Shown here: piece by piece, positions 1 to 11,921 of the stretch
Numbering within the stretch: the stretch's first letter is position 1
Layout of the letters: every line of letters begins with the position of its first letter
IMG/VR virus record: IMGVR_UViG_2663762646_000002
Reading direction: 5' to 3' (one strand)
Length of the DNA: 52,847 nucleotides
Origin: a virus
Lineage: Duplodnaviria; Heunggongvirae; Uroviricota; Caudoviricetes
Program-made: the position numbers and the translations under genes
The notes under the pieces: model-generated
Told to the model about the DNA's origin: nothing
The model's input: the letters and a program-made list of their open reading frames with translations, nothing else
Database searches by the model: none

Positions 1-1284
1 TTACAGACTTCTGGAAGGTTGCGCAGCTCTTACAACACGCGGTTGATCTTCCGCAGCGTCTTCCAGCGCACTTAAATCACGGTCTTTCACCTCTGGCATT
101 TTCAGCGCAGAGATTAAACCAATCACTGAATATGCCATGATCATAATGGCGATCGGATACCAGGATTCCGTCATGGTGCAGAAAATACCCGCCAGGATAG
201 GACCAAAACCGGAAGCGATAAGACCACCAATTTCTTTAGAAATAGCCATCCGGGTAAAGCGGTTTTTACAGCCGAACATTTCTGCCATGGTAATGTTTTC
301 CAGAGCAAATAATCCCAGCACCGCACAGTTATGAATCACAATCAGTGCAACCATAATGGTGCTCGGGGCATAGCTTTTATCTACAATGATAGAAAGCATT
401 GGCCATGCCAGCACAATCGCGGAGGTATTCATAATAATATACGGGATCCGGCGACCAATTTTATCGGATAACCAACCAAGGAACGGAATGGTCATAAAGC
501 CGAGAATCGAACTGATCATCAATGCATCTGTTGGAATTGCTTTGTTAAACAATAACGTCTGCACTAAATAGCCTGCAAGGAAAGTCTGAATTAACCCGGA
601 GTTACCCGCCTGACCAAAACGCAGCCCTGTTGCCAGCCAGAAGGATTTGCTCTGGAACATGCTACCAGCAGGTGCAGGTTTTGCTGTCGGTTGGTTACTG
701 TCGTTAACCTTCTCAAAGACCGGGCTTTCTTTCAGATTCATACGCAACCAGATAGCAAAGACCATCACGACAACACTCGCCAGGAACGGTATACGCCATC
801 CCCACGCCAGCAGTTCCTCTTTACTGAGAATGAAGAACATAAAGGCCCAGATTGCCGTTGCGCTCAAGGTTCCGCAGTTAGTTCCCATAGCCACAAATGA
901 GGAGATAATTCCGCGCTTACCTTTTGGCGCATATTCCGCCAGCATCGTACCGGCACCGGAAATTTCCGCACCTGCACCCAACCCCTGAATAATACGCAAC
1001 GTCACCAGCAAGATGGGTGCAAAAACACCAATCTGTGCATAGGTCGGTAACACACCAATTAAGGTGGTACAGATCCCCATCATGGTGATGGTAATAAAGA
1101 GCACTTTTTTACGCCCTATTCTGTCGCCCATTTTGCCGAAAATAAATGCTCCGACAATACGCGCCACATAACCTGCACCGTAGGTTCCCATTGCCAGAAT
1201 TAACGCCATTGCCGTTGATGATTCAGGAAAAAATATTTCATGAAACACTAACGCTGCGCCGAGCGAATATAACTGGAAATCCAT
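1..1284 (-). CDS. ydfJ: MFS-type metabolite transporter (host gene flanking the prophage)
   Basis: Complete 427-aa ORF with hydrophobic multi-helix composition; matches E. coli YdfJ as recalled; TAA stop at 1-3 on the minus strand. Confidence 0.8.
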   Translation of the reverse strand: MDFQLYSLGAALVFHEIFFPESSTAMALILAMGTYGAGYVARIVGAFIFGKMGDRIGRKKVLFITITMMGICTTLIGVLPTYAQIGVFAPILLVTLRIIQGLGAGAEISGAGTMLAEYAPKGKRGIISSFVAMGTNCGTLSATAIWAFMFFILSKEELLAWGWRIPFLASVVVMVFAIWLRMNLKESPVFEKVNDSNQPTAKPAPAGSMFQSKSFWLATGLRFGQAGNSGLIQTFLAGYLVQTLLFNKAIPTDALMISSILGFMTIPFLGWLSDKIGRRIPYIIMNTSAIVLAWPMLSIIVDKSYAPSTIMVALIVIHNCAVLGLFALENITMAEMFGCKNRFTRMAISKEIGGLIASGFGPILAGIFCTMTESWYPIAIMIMAYSVIGLISALKMPEVKDRDLSALEDAAEDQPRVVRAAQPSRSL

Positions 1285-2070
1285 AATTCACAGGTGTTTT
1301 TTCCCATCCTGTGGTTTCCTTGGCGTTTTCTAGGTTTTTTCAGATAGTTGCATTTTTTTAAAAAGCATCCTAAGTTCGATCTCAGTGTCTATCTGGGGCC
1401 TATTTCTGTCCCATATATGCCCCAAAAAAACTCCCCAACAGATAAGTAGTTTTTTCATGGATTTATGCGTAAAATCAAGAACGGCTGGAAATCATTCAAT
1501 ACTCACACTATCGAAAAATTTACCAGCCAATCGCAGCACGTTCTTGCATAAGGCGTGTCTGCGGTTTTTCAACTATTCAGATACATCACTCCCATCACAT
1601 TCATTCCTCCGCATCAAAGGCATATAGGCTATATCACCTTGATATTTTTCTTTTTCAGATAAAAACTGTTATCTATGTATACTTTTAAACCCAATCCGTG
1701 TAGAGTCTCTGCATAAGATAGTTTGCAGTTGCCGCTTCAGCTTGCGCCATAAACCGCCTGATTTTTGCTGCCACCTGTTAGCATTCCTGTATACCTGAAA
1801 CGACAATGTTTATCTACGAACTTTAAGAACACCCAAGATAAAAATTGTCAACTATATCATATATAACACATTACTAATTCGAGGCTATATGAACAGCATA
1901 CTGATAATCACATCTCTCCTTATCATATTCAGCATTTTTAGTCATGCCCTAATAAAATTAGGGATTGGCATATCCAATAACCCAGACAAAACCGATGTAT
2001 AAGTCAACATATCCTGAATCAGACATACAATATCGCAATGAAAATCAATAATATTTTAAGGAATATCTTC

Positions 2071-2304
2071 ATGAAATCAAAAGACACCCTAAAGTGGTTC
2101 CCTGCGCAGCTTCCTGAAGTAAGAATTATCCTAGGGGATGCTGTAGTGGAAGTAGCAAAACAGGGAAGACCTATCAATACCAGAACATTGCTTGATTACA
2201 TTGAAGGAAACATAAAGAAAAAATCATGGCTGGATAACAAAGAATTATTACAAACAGCGATATCAGTTCTTAAAGACAACCAAAATTTAAATGGTAAAAT
2301 GTAA
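2071..2304 (+). CDS. ydfK: cold-shock-induced small protein, YdfK/YnaE family
   Basis: 77 aa from ATG 2071 (MKSKDTLKWFPAQLPEV...), AAGGAA Shine-Dalgarno 7 nt upstream; the tracked 88-aa ORF starts at an upstream in-frame ATG. Confidence 0.75.
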   Translation: MKSKDTLKWFPAQLPEVRIILGDAVVEVAKQGRPINTRTLLDYIEGNIKKKSWLDNKELLQTAISVLKDNQNLNGKM

Positions 2305-2620
2305 TATAATAAACTTACTTTTTTATCATTTTTCCACTTTAACAACATTTTGCTCCACTTTTCCACGACCAAACAACTTGAAATCTGGTTAAAATAACAC
2401 GCAACACTATTCTTCTTCCTTGAGTCCGCCCGGAACTCGAAAAACAAACCGAGTTAAAGCCATTTTTCACAAAATCGATTTTGGGTCTCACCAAAATTAC
2501 GGGGTTGCATACGCATTCGTTTATTTTCGAACGTGTACATACAAATATGCACAAAAATAATCATAATTATTTTCTGAGATGCATTATGATATGAACACCA
2601 ATTTCGTATAGAGTCTCACT

Positions 2621-3211
2621 ATGTCTCAAATTTTTGCTTACTGTCGGATATCAACGCTGGATCAGACCACCGAAAATCAACGCCGGGAAATCGAAAGTGC
2701 AGGTTTTAAAATCAAACCTCAGCAAATAATCGAAGAACACATTAGCGGCTCAGCAGCAACCAGTGAGCGTCCTGGTTTTAACCGGTTGCTTGCTCGCCTG
2801 AAATGTGGTGATCAATTGATTGTGACAAAACTGGATCGCCTTGGTTGTAATGCAATGGATATCAGGAAAACAGTGGAACAACTGACCGAAACAGGTATCA
2901 GAGTGCATTGCTTAGCATTGGGGGGCATTGACCTGACCAGTCCAACAGGAAAAATGATGATGCAAGTAATTTCAGCAGTCGCTGAATTTGAACGAGACCT
3001 TTTACTTGAACGCACTCATTCCGGGATAGTAAGAGCCCGCGGCGCAGGGAAACGTTTTGGTCGACCACCTGTGTTAAATGAAGAACAGAAACAGGCGGTA
3101 TTCGAACGAATTAAGTCAGGTGTAAGTATAAGTGCCATTGCCCGGGAATTCAAAACCTCGCGGCAAACCATTTTAAGAGCCAAAGCAAAACTTCAGACAC
3201 CTGACATATAA
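2621..3211 (+). CDS. pinQ: serine recombinase, Pin/Gin/Hin DNA-invertase family
   Basis: 196 aa; N-terminal resolvase catalytic domain (YCRISTLDQ with Ser nucleophile) and C-terminal HTH; convergent with tfa as in Pin-type prophage loci. Confidence 0.85.
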   Translation: MSQIFAYCRISTLDQTTENQRREIESAGFKIKPQQIIEEHISGSAATSERPGFNRLLARLKCGDQLIVTKLDRLGCNAMDIRKTVEQLTETGIRVHCLALGGIDLTSPTGKMMMQVISAVAEFERDLLLERTHSGIVRARGAGKRFGRPPVLNEEQKQAVFERIKSGVSISAIAREFKTSRQTILRAKAKLQTPDI

Positions 3212-3308
3212 AAAATAATCTCGGTGTGAGATGCTTTACGTCTTCCAAGCCCCCTTCCTTGCCGTAAATGGAAAGATACATCTAATTATAGAATTTATAT
3301 GTTTTACC

Positions 3309-3884
3309 CTACGGCAGTGCTGGCCATTCAATATCCTGTGCAGTTGACGTATCAACACGGTTCAGCAATACCCGATACTTTTTCCATGCTTCCAGCAACG
3401 AGATTTCTTCCTCCGTTGCAATTTCCAGATCTGCAGCATCCTGAAGCGGCGCAATATGCTCACTGGCTACCTGCATCAGGTTGTTTTTTGTTTCTTCCGC
3501 CTCCCGGATCCGGAACAGTTTTTCTGCTTCCGTATCCTTCACCCAGGCTGTGCCGTTCCACTTCTGAAACTCCCCTTCCGGCGATAACCAGGTAACATTT
3601 TCCGGTAACGGACCGAGTTCAGAAATAAATAACGCGTCGCCGGAAGCCACGTCATAAACCGTTTTACCCCGATGATCTTCAACGAGATGCCACGATGACT
3701 CATCACTGTTGAAAACAGCCACGAAGCCAGCCGGAATATCTGGCGGTGCAATATCGGTACTGTTTGCTGGCAGACCTGTATGAGGCGGAATATATGCATC
3801 ACCTTCACCAATAAATTCATTAGTTCCGGCCAGCAGATTATAAATTTTTATGGTCCGTGGTTGTTCACTCATTCTGAATGCCAT
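3309..3884 (-). CDS. tfaQ: tail fibre assembly protein (Tfa)
   Basis: 191 aa, [24 protein letters not shown]... matches Tfa proteins as recalled; start overlaps the stf stop. Confidence 0.85.
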
Positions 3885-6800
3885 TATGCAAGCCTCACAA
3901 TATAGTTAAATGCGATGTTTTTGACGGTGTTTTCCGCGTTACCAGCAGCGTTAACGGTGATGGTGTGTCCATGTGAACCAATCGCAACGGAGTGCGTATG
4001 AGCACCAATACCGACAGTATGTGCATGTGCGCCTGCGCTTGCAGCAGTGCCGGACAGCGAGTGGGTATGAGCACCATCTGATGATGTCTTCCCTGCATTA
4101 CGAGTCTGGCCACTACCGCTTGTTGTGCTCATAATCCCCGCGCTTAGATTTGAAATCGCGGTATAACCATTAGGGAAAATGCTCGTGTTCGTGCCACCAA
4201 ATGCACCGGAACTCTTGTGTTGGTGCGCACCGGCACTATTTGCGATCCCGCTAATACTATGGGTATGCGCCCCGGTGTTATTCGTGGATTTGGTTCCGTA
4301 ATCAAACGACGATGTGGTTTTCGTCCCCAAATCCGTACTGGATGCGCTGGCGCTGTGGGTGTGCGATTTAATGCCGTCCTGTTCCTGAGATAATACGGCC
4401 CGACCACTGGCGGGCTTGCCCTTAATCGTCCAGCCACGCATATCAGGGATCACGCCTGACGGATAAGCAACTGCAAGTTTCGGGTATGCAGATTTGTCAA
4501 AAGTCTGCCCCTGCATCAGGGCATAACCAGACGGAACGGTATCTGATGGCCACGGGATTGGTGCACCGACTGGATAAAACTCTGCAGGAGGATGAGCCGA
4601 GGTGTAAAGCTGCGCCCACGGCGACCAGTTTGCGTCGGTCGTATCCCGTCGTGAACGAATAAATGCCGGAGCATGAGCACCGCTTGTACCACTCCAGCCG
4701 ATGAGTAACTCACCTTCGCCAACGGCTGTCATCCCTTTCAGGTGAATGATATTTCCATACGCTGTTGGATATCCGTTGTTATACACCTCGTATAACTCAA
4801 GACCTGCTGCCCCCTGCGTATTGTCTGTCAGCGCGGTTACCCGACCTTTTGAAGCCAGATTAACTGATGATACTGCTGTTCCACCTGACGGTAACGCCCC
4901 GATCTCTGATGCCGTTGGCTTATTTCTGGAGTTATAGTCCCTTCGCCAGCCAGGTGAATAATCTGTTCCGTGATTAATATAGGTAAACTGGGCGTTAGTT
5001 GTTCCACCACCAGTGGAGGTGGTCGGTGTGGTAATGCGGATCGTCATCGCTGACTTTATCCCCATTACTTCAATGACAGCTCCGGCGAGATGAATATTAC
5101 CGCAGTCAGTATCAGTAATGATTTTATTATTGCCATAAGACCAGGAACCCTTGCACATCCAGTATGGATGGTTAAATGCTCCCTGAGAATCCAGCCACTC
5201 GATAAACTGTGCAGTCGTCCAGTTTCCTGTTGTTGTGCTTACTGACCCACCGAAGGCACGGCAGGCACCAATATTTTTCGTAAAGGTATCTTTGCCAGGG
5301 ATATCCGCACCGTTCTGATCTTTCTGCAGACGTTTCTCAGCATTGTCATTGGCTGCTTTTACTGCCTTTGGTGTCGCGGCAAGCGTTTCAGACGTGCTGT
5401 TGGTCGCGCTGCTTAGCTGGATTATCCCTTTCTGTGCTGTCGTTGCATCCTGTGCGGTGTATTTCCCGTTAGCCAGGTCATACGCGGCCTTAACGGCTTT
5501 TGGTGTTGCCGCCAGTGACTCGGAAGTGCTGTTAGTCGCACTACTGAGCTGTACTATCCCCTTTTTCGTCGTGCTCGCATCCTCAAGCGCCACGGCGGAT
5601 GCAATATCCTCTGCCCGTTTTGCTGCTGTCTCGGCGCGCGTTGCTGCGGATTCTGCCGTACTTTTGCTCTGAGCTGCCGCCGTCGCACTGCCAGCAGCCT
5701 CTGTCGCCTTCGTGGATGCCGTCGTGGCGCTGCTCTTCGCTGCTGACGCTTGTCTGGTCGCCTCATCTTTTGAAGCAGACGCCGATGATGCCGATGACGC
5801 CGCCGAACTGGCTGACGATGCGGCAGCCGTTTTTGAGGATTCTGCGCTGGTTTCCGACGCTTTCGCGTTCGTTTCGGATGTCTTCGCTGCGGAAGCAGAC
5901 CTCGCTGCTGCGCTGGCCTGTTCAGTGGCTTCGCCAGCCTTCGTTGTGGCTGTTGAAGCAGACGATGCGGCGCTTTCTGCCGATTTTCCGGCGGCGGTGG
6001 CACTGGCTGAGGCCTGCCCGGCACTTGTTGACGCTGCACTGGCAGACGACGCAGCCGCTGTTTTTGAGCCTGCCGCAGCCGAGGCGCTCTGTCCCGCTGC
6101 CGTTTCAGAAGACCTGGCGTTCGTCTCTGACGTTTTTGCCGCCTTCGCGGAATTTCCTGCCGCTGTTGCCGAGGAAGCTGCGCTACTGGCGCTCGAGGAT
6201 GCGTTCGTTTCTGATGATTTTGCCGCCTCTTTTGAAGCCGACGCATCCCGGGCTGAGGTGGCAGCTTCTGACGCTTTCGTGGTCGCGGTGGATGCAGAAG
6301 TGGCTGCTGATTGTTGTGACGCTGCAGCATTCGTTTCTGACGTTTTCGCGGCACTGGCACTGGTAGCTGCCGCGCTTTTTGAGGACTCTGCAGCGGCAGC
6401 ACTTTTTGATGCTTCAGTGGCCTTTGTTGATGCCGTTCCTGCGCTGGAAGACGCTGACTGAGCCGACGAAGCGGCCTGTCCGGCTGACGTGCTGGCTGCG
6501 CGTGCTGAGCCTGCAGCATCAGTCGCATGGGTTGCCGCCTCACGGGCAGATGTGCCGGCATCGCCGGCTGACTTCTTCGCGGCTGCCGTGTTCTGTGCCA
6601 CCGCGGACGCGTTACGCGCCACCTCTTCCACCATCAGTTCAAAACGGCGCAGAGCCTCCGGACGGGCATCATCCTCCGTCATGGCACCGAGAAAATCATT
6701 CAGCGTACCGGGTCGGGAATCTTCATACACGGTGATGGTCCCGGCATGTGACGGCGGGAATCCTTCCACCAACAGAATAACGCTGTACTGACCGTACTCA

Positions 6801-6958
6801 ACGTCCATGCTGTAACGCCCGGCTTCATCCGGATTTTCTGAGGCCAGCGTGTTCACCACCACCGCGGTGCTGTTACGTTTTGCTTTCAGCTGGATTGTGC
6901 AGTTCTGTACCGGTTTTCCTGTGCCGTCTTTCAGTACACCTGAAATCTTTACTGCCAT
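3884..6958 (-). CDS. stf: side tail fibre protein Stf, with extended Ala/Ser/Thr-rich shaft
   Basis: N-terminus [26 protein letters not shown]... and C-terminus with GAHTHS repeats ending [22 protein letters not shown] match lambda Stf as recalled; start set at MAVKIS (third codon of the tracked 1026-aa ORF). Confidence 0.85.
5340..6600. repeat. low-complexity Ala/Ser/Thr-rich repeat block inside stf, including a tandem ~40-aa duplication
   Basis: Repetitive GC-rich DNA producing long spurious ORFs in several frames; duplicated motif KGI(V/I)[11 protein letters not shown](S/T)[11 protein letters not shown] in the Stf translation. Confidence 0.7.
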
Positions 6959-6968
6959 ATTCACCCCA

Positions 6969-6996
6969 CAAAAAAGCCCGCCTGAACAGGCGGGCT
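6969..6996 (-). terminator. rho-independent terminator downstream of lom
   Basis: Minus strand AGCCCGCC-TGTTCA-GGCGGGCT hairpin followed by a T run (plus-strand aaaaaagcccgcctgaacaggcgggct). Confidence 0.6.
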
Positions 6997-7022
6997 GTCA
7001 TAACACTGTGTTACCTGGCTAA

Positions 7023-7622
7023 TCAGAACTTATAACCGACACCCACGATGAAACCGTCAGTGCGCCAGTCGCCACTGCCGGAGCCTTCATAAGCAATATC
7101 AATGGCCACGGATTCGGTCGGGTTAAACTGCACGCCAGCTCCCCACGCCAGAGACGTGTTGCTGTGGCGACCGTCATCACTTCCGGTCAGCACGTCGTGC
7201 GTTTTCCCCTTGTTGTCAGTTACGCGGAGATAATCCCCGGAGAAAGTCGACACACGGCTGTAAGCCATACCCGCCATCGCATACGCGCTGAACCATTCAT
7301 TCACGCGCACAGACGGCCCCACCATCACGCTGAACCAGCGGTTACGCACGGAATCTTCATGCCAGCGGGTATCGCTGTAACGGGTAAGCTGGCGATTCTT
7401 GTCTCCTGCATAGCTGAATGACGTCACCAGCCCCAGTGTGTCCGTAAACTCATAACGGTATTTCACGTTAATCCCGTTAAGATCATCGCTGCCGGGAACG
7501 TTCGTCGAGGCATGAAGATACCCCGCGCTCAGCGTGGACTGATGTTCAGATGCCCATGCAGGCGCACCGGATACGGCCAGACAAATGGCTGCGGACAAAA
7601 TGGCGGCATAAAGTTTACGCAT
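7023..7622 (-). CDS. lom: Lom/Ail-family outer-membrane beta-barrel protein
   Basis: 199 aa with signal peptide; C-terminus ...[25 protein letters not shown] matches lambda Lom as recalled; sits between J and stf. Confidence 0.85.
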
Positions 7623-7691
7623 AATTACCTCTCGCTTTTCTGCAATAAAAAAGGCACCATTTCTGGTGCCCTTATATGGGTTATAACAATT

Positions 7692-10600
7692 TCAACGAAT
7701 ACTGATGCCGGAAGCGGCTTTTTTGGTCACAATCACCGTACAGTCGGTGATATTGCCTGCCCCCTGATTGCCTTTCTGGAAAATCTTAAACTCCAGAGTG
7801 ACGCTACCACCACCACTAGGCATATCAATAACTGCACTGTAACTACCGGGAATGGCCCCTTTAGTTTCTCTGGATGCGATTAATACGCCGTTTTTGCGAA
7901 CTTCAAAACCATAACCCGTGTATCGCGTGCCTCCTGGGTTATTTCCGCTCCCCGGATCGTCATACGCTATACCGTTAAAAATAATGGGCGGAATAATAAT
8001 CTGGCGGTCAAAGTTATGATCATCGCTGATGGTGACTGTAACCGTACCGTTTGGTGTTTCCGTGTTACCCCACGTACCGACTTTTTTCGGGAAGGCTTTT
8101 GATACAGCTTTAACGAAATCCCCTCTGACCTGGGTCGCCTCCAGCATGCCCTTAATCGTACAGTTCTGGTTAATCGTGACATTGTTGAGCGTTCCTGAGT
8201 TCGCATTCACACTACCACTGATATCCGCATTTTTAGCGGTCAGCTTTCCGTCTGATGTCAGGGAAAATACCGGAGGACTGCCACCGCTGGTAATGGTGGG
8301 GGCCGTCAGGCGTTTCAGGAACACTTCATTCATGAATATCTGATCGCCCTGACCAACAAACATCGGCTTTGTGTTGCCATTCGCAGGATTAATCATCGCA
8401 ATCCTGTCTGCTGCCAGCAGCACCTGACTCTGCATGCCGTCAGGGGTGTTCTCAATACCGGCACCGATACCCGCAATATAAAGGCGTCCGTCCTGCATCT
8501 GCTGCAGCTTCACTGCCCACATGCTGTTCAGGTTATTATTTGTATCAACCTGAACCTTCTGTATCTGCTGGATTGCCGCACTCTGGTCTTCCAGTTTCTT
8601 ATTGACGGTCTGTGTTATTTCATTGCTGACATCCGTTATGGACGTCCTGATTTCAGTCAGGTCAGGCGCAAGCTGACCGTTATCAATCTGCGTCCACAGC
8701 TCCTGAGCCAGATGGGTTTTCCCTATCTCGCCTTTGAAAAAATCCAGATAGCCTGATGCATCATCACTCGGCTGACCGACAGCCTCCACGAATGCCGATT
8801 TGCCAACGGTGTTCACACTGCGAACGTAAAAATAATAATCATGGCCCGGTTTGATATTGATACTGGCGGCTATCCAGTACAGTGCCGTACCAAGATAACG
8901 CGCGCTGGTTTCAACCTGCCTGATATCCGCAATCCGTTTTTCCGAGAACCAGAACTCAAACTGTACCGTCGGGTCATAAACCGCAAGATGCGGCGTGGCG
9001 GTTATCTGAAAATAGCCCGGCGTCAGCTCAATCCGCGACGGCGCTGCCGGTGCGGCAATCCGGAACGATACCGACGCCGGATCGCCCTGCTGCCCCCACG
9101 CATTTACTGCCCGGACTGTCAGCCTGTAGTTCCCCAGAGCCAGTTGTGTGAAGCGGTAAGTGGTTTCCGTCGTCCGGGCCGTGCTGACCAGCCGCTCACG
9201 GCCGTCATCCGCTGCCACGGTCAGGCGAAGCAGGAAGCTCACGCCCTTCACCACCTTCGGCGTGTCCCAGCGCGCCAGCACCTGATATTCCCCGCTGTCT
9301 GCGGTGACTTCGGCAGTCAGGTGCTGCACTGCTGGCGGCGTGACACCATTCACCGTGCCGCTCTGGTCACCGTCAAAGTGCGCCCCGTTATCCACGATGG
9401 CTTCTTTCTCCGGTACATGCTGCACGGCGATGATGGCATACGTGCCGTCATCGTTCTCACGGATACTCACGCAGCGGAACAGGCGCTGGCGCAGCGTCGG
9501 CAGCTTCAGCCCCCACACGCTGTATTCTGCAACGCCGTCAGGAACACGGCTCACTTTCACCTTCACGCCGTCGGTGACGGACTGGACCTCCACGCTGACC
9601 GGATTACCCTGACCGTCAACCAGGCTTATCAGCGTGGTACCGGAGGATGGCAGCGTGATTTCACGGTCGAGCGTCAGCGTCCGGGTCTGGCTGTTCACCG
9701 CCAGCACGCGCCCGCCGGTGCTGATACCCGCATAGTCATCATCGCAGATTTCAATGACATCCCCCGGTACATGGCGAAGCCCTTCCGCACCCACGCTGAA
9801 GTCCACGGTCTGCGTTTCCAGCAGTTCCGTTTTAATCAGCCACAGCCCGGCGCGGTGTGCCTGCCCCCGGCTGGTACAGCCAAAGGCATCCATCTTCGTG
9901 ACGTTACGACCGTAACGGGCAATGGCCTGCGTATCTTCAACAAGCTCTGTCGCCGTCTCCCAGCCGTTATCCGGGTCAATCCAGTTCACCTCAACGGCAT
10001 TATGGCGGTCTTTCAGGGCGCTGAAACTGTAGCGGAACGGCGCGCCATCATCCGGCATCACCACATTACTGCGGTTATAGGTCCACACCTTATCCGACGG
10101 TCGGTCCTGCACGAACGTCAGCGTCTGCCCGTTCCATACCGGCATACAGCGCATCGCCGAGCAGAAATCACTGAGCACATCCCACGCCTTGCGCTGTGTG
10201 GTCAGGTATGCATTACAGGTGATGCGCGGCTCCGTGCCGCCAAAGCCGTCCGGTACTGACTGGTCGCAGTACTGGCCGATGACATACAGCGCCCATTTGT
10301 CCACATCCGCCGCACCAAGACGTTTCCCCATGCCGTAGCGTGGATGGGTCAGCATATCCCACAGACACCAGGCCATGTTGTTGCTGTATGCCGGTTTAAA
10401 CGTTCCGTCCCAGATACCGCTGTATTGCCGCGTCTGCGGGTTATAGTTCGACGGCACCTGCAGAATACGCCCGCGCAGATGATAATTACGGCTCACCTGC
10501 TGGCTGCCGAACTGCTCCGAATCCACCTGTACGCCGACCAGTGCCGTGTTCGGGTAGCTCTGTTTCACATCGATGATTTCGGTGTATGACGACCAGAGCG

Positions 10601-11189
10601 TTTTGTTCTGCAGCTGGTCTGTGGTGCTGTCCGGCGTCATTCTGCGCATCCGGATATTGAACGGGCGCGGTGGCAGGTTATCCACCACCACCGATGCTAG
10701 ATACTGTGAGGTGGTTTTGCCTTTAATGGTGATGTCTTTTTCCGTCACCCAGCCACCGTTACGTTGTATCTGAACCAGCAGGCGGACTTCCGACGGATTC
10801 CGGTCCCCCTTTGAGGTGGTTTCCACCAGTGCCTGCACACCGAAGGTAAAGCGCAGACGGTCGATGTTTGCAGACGTAATGGTGCGGGTGATCGGCGTGT
10901 CATATTTCACTTCCGTACCCAGCACAGTCTCGGAGCCGGAGGATTCAAAACCTTCCGGCGGTGTCTGCTCCTGCTCACCTGCCCGGAACACCACCGTGAC
11001 GCCGGAGATGTTGGTATTCCCCTCACTGTCCAGCACCGGCGTACTGTTCAGCAGCACGCTTTTTAATCCATCTACCGGACCTTCAACCGGCCCTTCGCTG
11101 ATGGCATCGATCACACTCAGCAACTGCGTGGACTTCAGGTTGTCCTTCGCTTCGCGCGGGGTATGCCCCTTACTGCTTCCTTTACCCAT
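7692..11189 (-). CDS. J: tail tip / host-specificity protein J
   Basis: 1165 aa; first ~790 residues near-identical to lambda J as recalled ([26 protein letters not shown]...); C-terminal receptor-binding part divergent. Confidence 0.95.
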   Translation of the reverse strand: MGKGSSKGHTPREAKDNLKSTQLLSVIDAISEGPVEGPVDGLKSVLLNSTPVLDSEGNTNISGVTVVFRAGEQEQTPPEGFESSGSETVLGTEVKYDTPITRTITSANIDRLRFTFGVQALVETTSKGDRNPSEVRLLVQIQRNGGWVTEKDITIKGKTTSQYLASVVVDNLPPRPFNIRMRRMTPDSTTDQLQNKTLWSSYTEIIDVKQSYPNTALVGVQVDSEQFGSQQVSRNYHLRGRILQVPSNYNPQTRQYSGIWDGTFKPAYSNNMAWCLWDMLTHPRYGMGKRLGAADVDKWALYVIGQYCDQSVPDGFGGTEPRITCNAYLTTQRKAWDVLSDFCSAMRCMPVWNGQTLTFVQDRPSDKVWTYNRSNVVMPDDGAPFRYSFSALKDRHNAVEVNWIDPDNGWETATELVEDTQAIARYGRNVTKMDAFGCTSRGQAHRAGLWLIKTELLETQTVDFSVGAEGLRHVPGDVIEICDDDYAGISTGGRVLAVNSQTRTLTLDREITLPSSGTTLISLVDGQGNPVSVEVQSVTDGVKVKVSRVPDGVAEYSVWGLKLPTLRQRLFRCVSIRENDDGTYAIIAVQHVPEKEAIVDNGAHFDGDQSGTVNGVTPPAVQHLTAEVTADSGEYQVLARWDTPKVVKGVSFLLRLTVAADDGRERLVSTARTTETTYRFTQLALGNYRLTVRAVNAWGQQGDPASVSFRIAAPAAPSRIELTPGYFQITATPHLAVYDPTVQFEFWFSEKRIADIRQVETSARYLGTALYWIAASINIKPGHDYYFYVRSVNTVGKSAFVEAVGQPSDDASGYLDFFKGEIGKTHLAQELWTQIDNGQLAPDLTEIRTSITDVSNEITQTVNKKLEDQSAAIQQIQKVQVDTNNNLNSMWAVKLQQMQDGRLYIAGIGAGIENTPDGMQSQVLLAADRIAMINPANGNTKPMFVGQGDQIFMNEVFLKRLTAPTITSGGSPPVFSLTSDGKLTAKNADISGSVNANSGTLNNVTINQNCTIKGMLEATQVRGDFVKAVSKAFPKKVGTWGNTETPNGTVTVTISDDHNFDRQIIIPPIIFNGIAYDDPGSGNNPGGTRYTGYGFEVRKNGVLIASRETKGAIPGSYSAVIDMPSGGGSVTLEFKIFQKGNQGAGNITDCTVIVTKKAASGISIR

Positions 11190-11249
11190 TCCTCACGCTC
11201 CATAAATGACAAAACCGCCCGCAGGCGGTTTCACATAAAACATTTTGCA

Positions 11250-11921
11250 TCAGCGACCAATCACCACAACCTGACCACCGTCCCCTTCGTCTGCCGTGCT
11301 GATCTCCTGAGAAACCACACGTGATCCCACGCGCATTTCACCGTACAGAACGGGCAGAACATTGCCCTGGGCAACCATGTTATCCAGTGAGGAGAAATAG
11401 GTGTTCTGCTTACCGTTATCCGTACTGGTCGCTGTGGGCGTCCGGGCTTTCGGTGCCAGCATCTGCGCCACACCACCGAGCACCATACTGGCACCGAGAG
11501 AAAACAGGATGCCGGTCATACCACCGGCCCCAATGGCTGCCCCCCATGCTGCAAGGGTGGCTCCGGCGGTAAAGAATGATCCGGCAATGGCGGCAGCCCC
11601 CAGGACAATCTGGAATACGCCACCTGACTTGGCCCCGGCGACTCTGGGAACAATATGAATCACAGCGCCATCAGGCAGAGTCTCATGTAACTGCGCCGTT
11701 AACCCGGACGTGCTGACGTCCCGCCCGGCAATCCGTACCTGATACCAGCCGTCGCTCAGTTTCTGACGAAACGCCGGGAGCTGTGTGGCCAGTGCCCGGA
11801 TGGCTTCAGCCCCCGTTTTCACACGAAGGTCGATGCGGCGACCAAATCGTTGTAAATCCCCGTAAAGGCAGATGCGCGCCATGCCCGGTGACGCCAGAGG
11901 GAGTGTGTGCGTCGCTGCCAT
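11250..11921 (-). CDS. I: tail assembly protein I
   Basis: 223 aa, MAATHTLPLASPGMARICLYGDLQRFGRR... matches lambda I as recalled. Confidence 0.95.
   Translation of the reverse strand: MAATHTLPLASPGMARICLYGDLQRFGRRIDLRVKTGAEAIRALATQLPAFRQKLSDGWYQVRIAGRDVSTSGLTAQLHETLPDGAVIHIVPRVAGAKSGGVFQIVLGAAAIAGSFFTAGATLAAWGAAIGAGGMTGILFSLGASMVLGGVAQMLAPKARTPTATSTDNGKQNTYFSSLDNMVAQGNVLPVLYGEMRVGSRVVSQEISTADEGDGGQVVVIGR

Noticed and set aside
1385-1627. 80-aa plus-strand ORF in the ydfJ-ydfK intergenic region
   Set aside because: No SD, low-complexity translation, located in an AT-rich promoter region; probably non-coding.
2380-2460. AAACCGAG-containing sequence upstream of pin as a gix/hix-like crossover site
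   Set aside because: Only a half-site-like match and no inverted partner found; there is no second tfa/stf copy to invert.
5554-6561. Long ORFs of 335, 255 and 249 aa on both strands inside stf (5554-6561 minus, 5599-6366 plus, 5712-6461 plus), with Arg/Pro-rich or Ala/Asp-rich translations
   Set aside because: They lie entirely within the low-complexity repeat region of stf and are alternative-frame or antisense artefacts of GC-rich repetitive DNA.
8841-10259. 472-aa plus-strand ORF antisense to J
   Set aside because: Fully overlaps the well-supported J gene on the opposite strand; Arg/His-rich composition typical of antisense frames in high-GC coding DNA.
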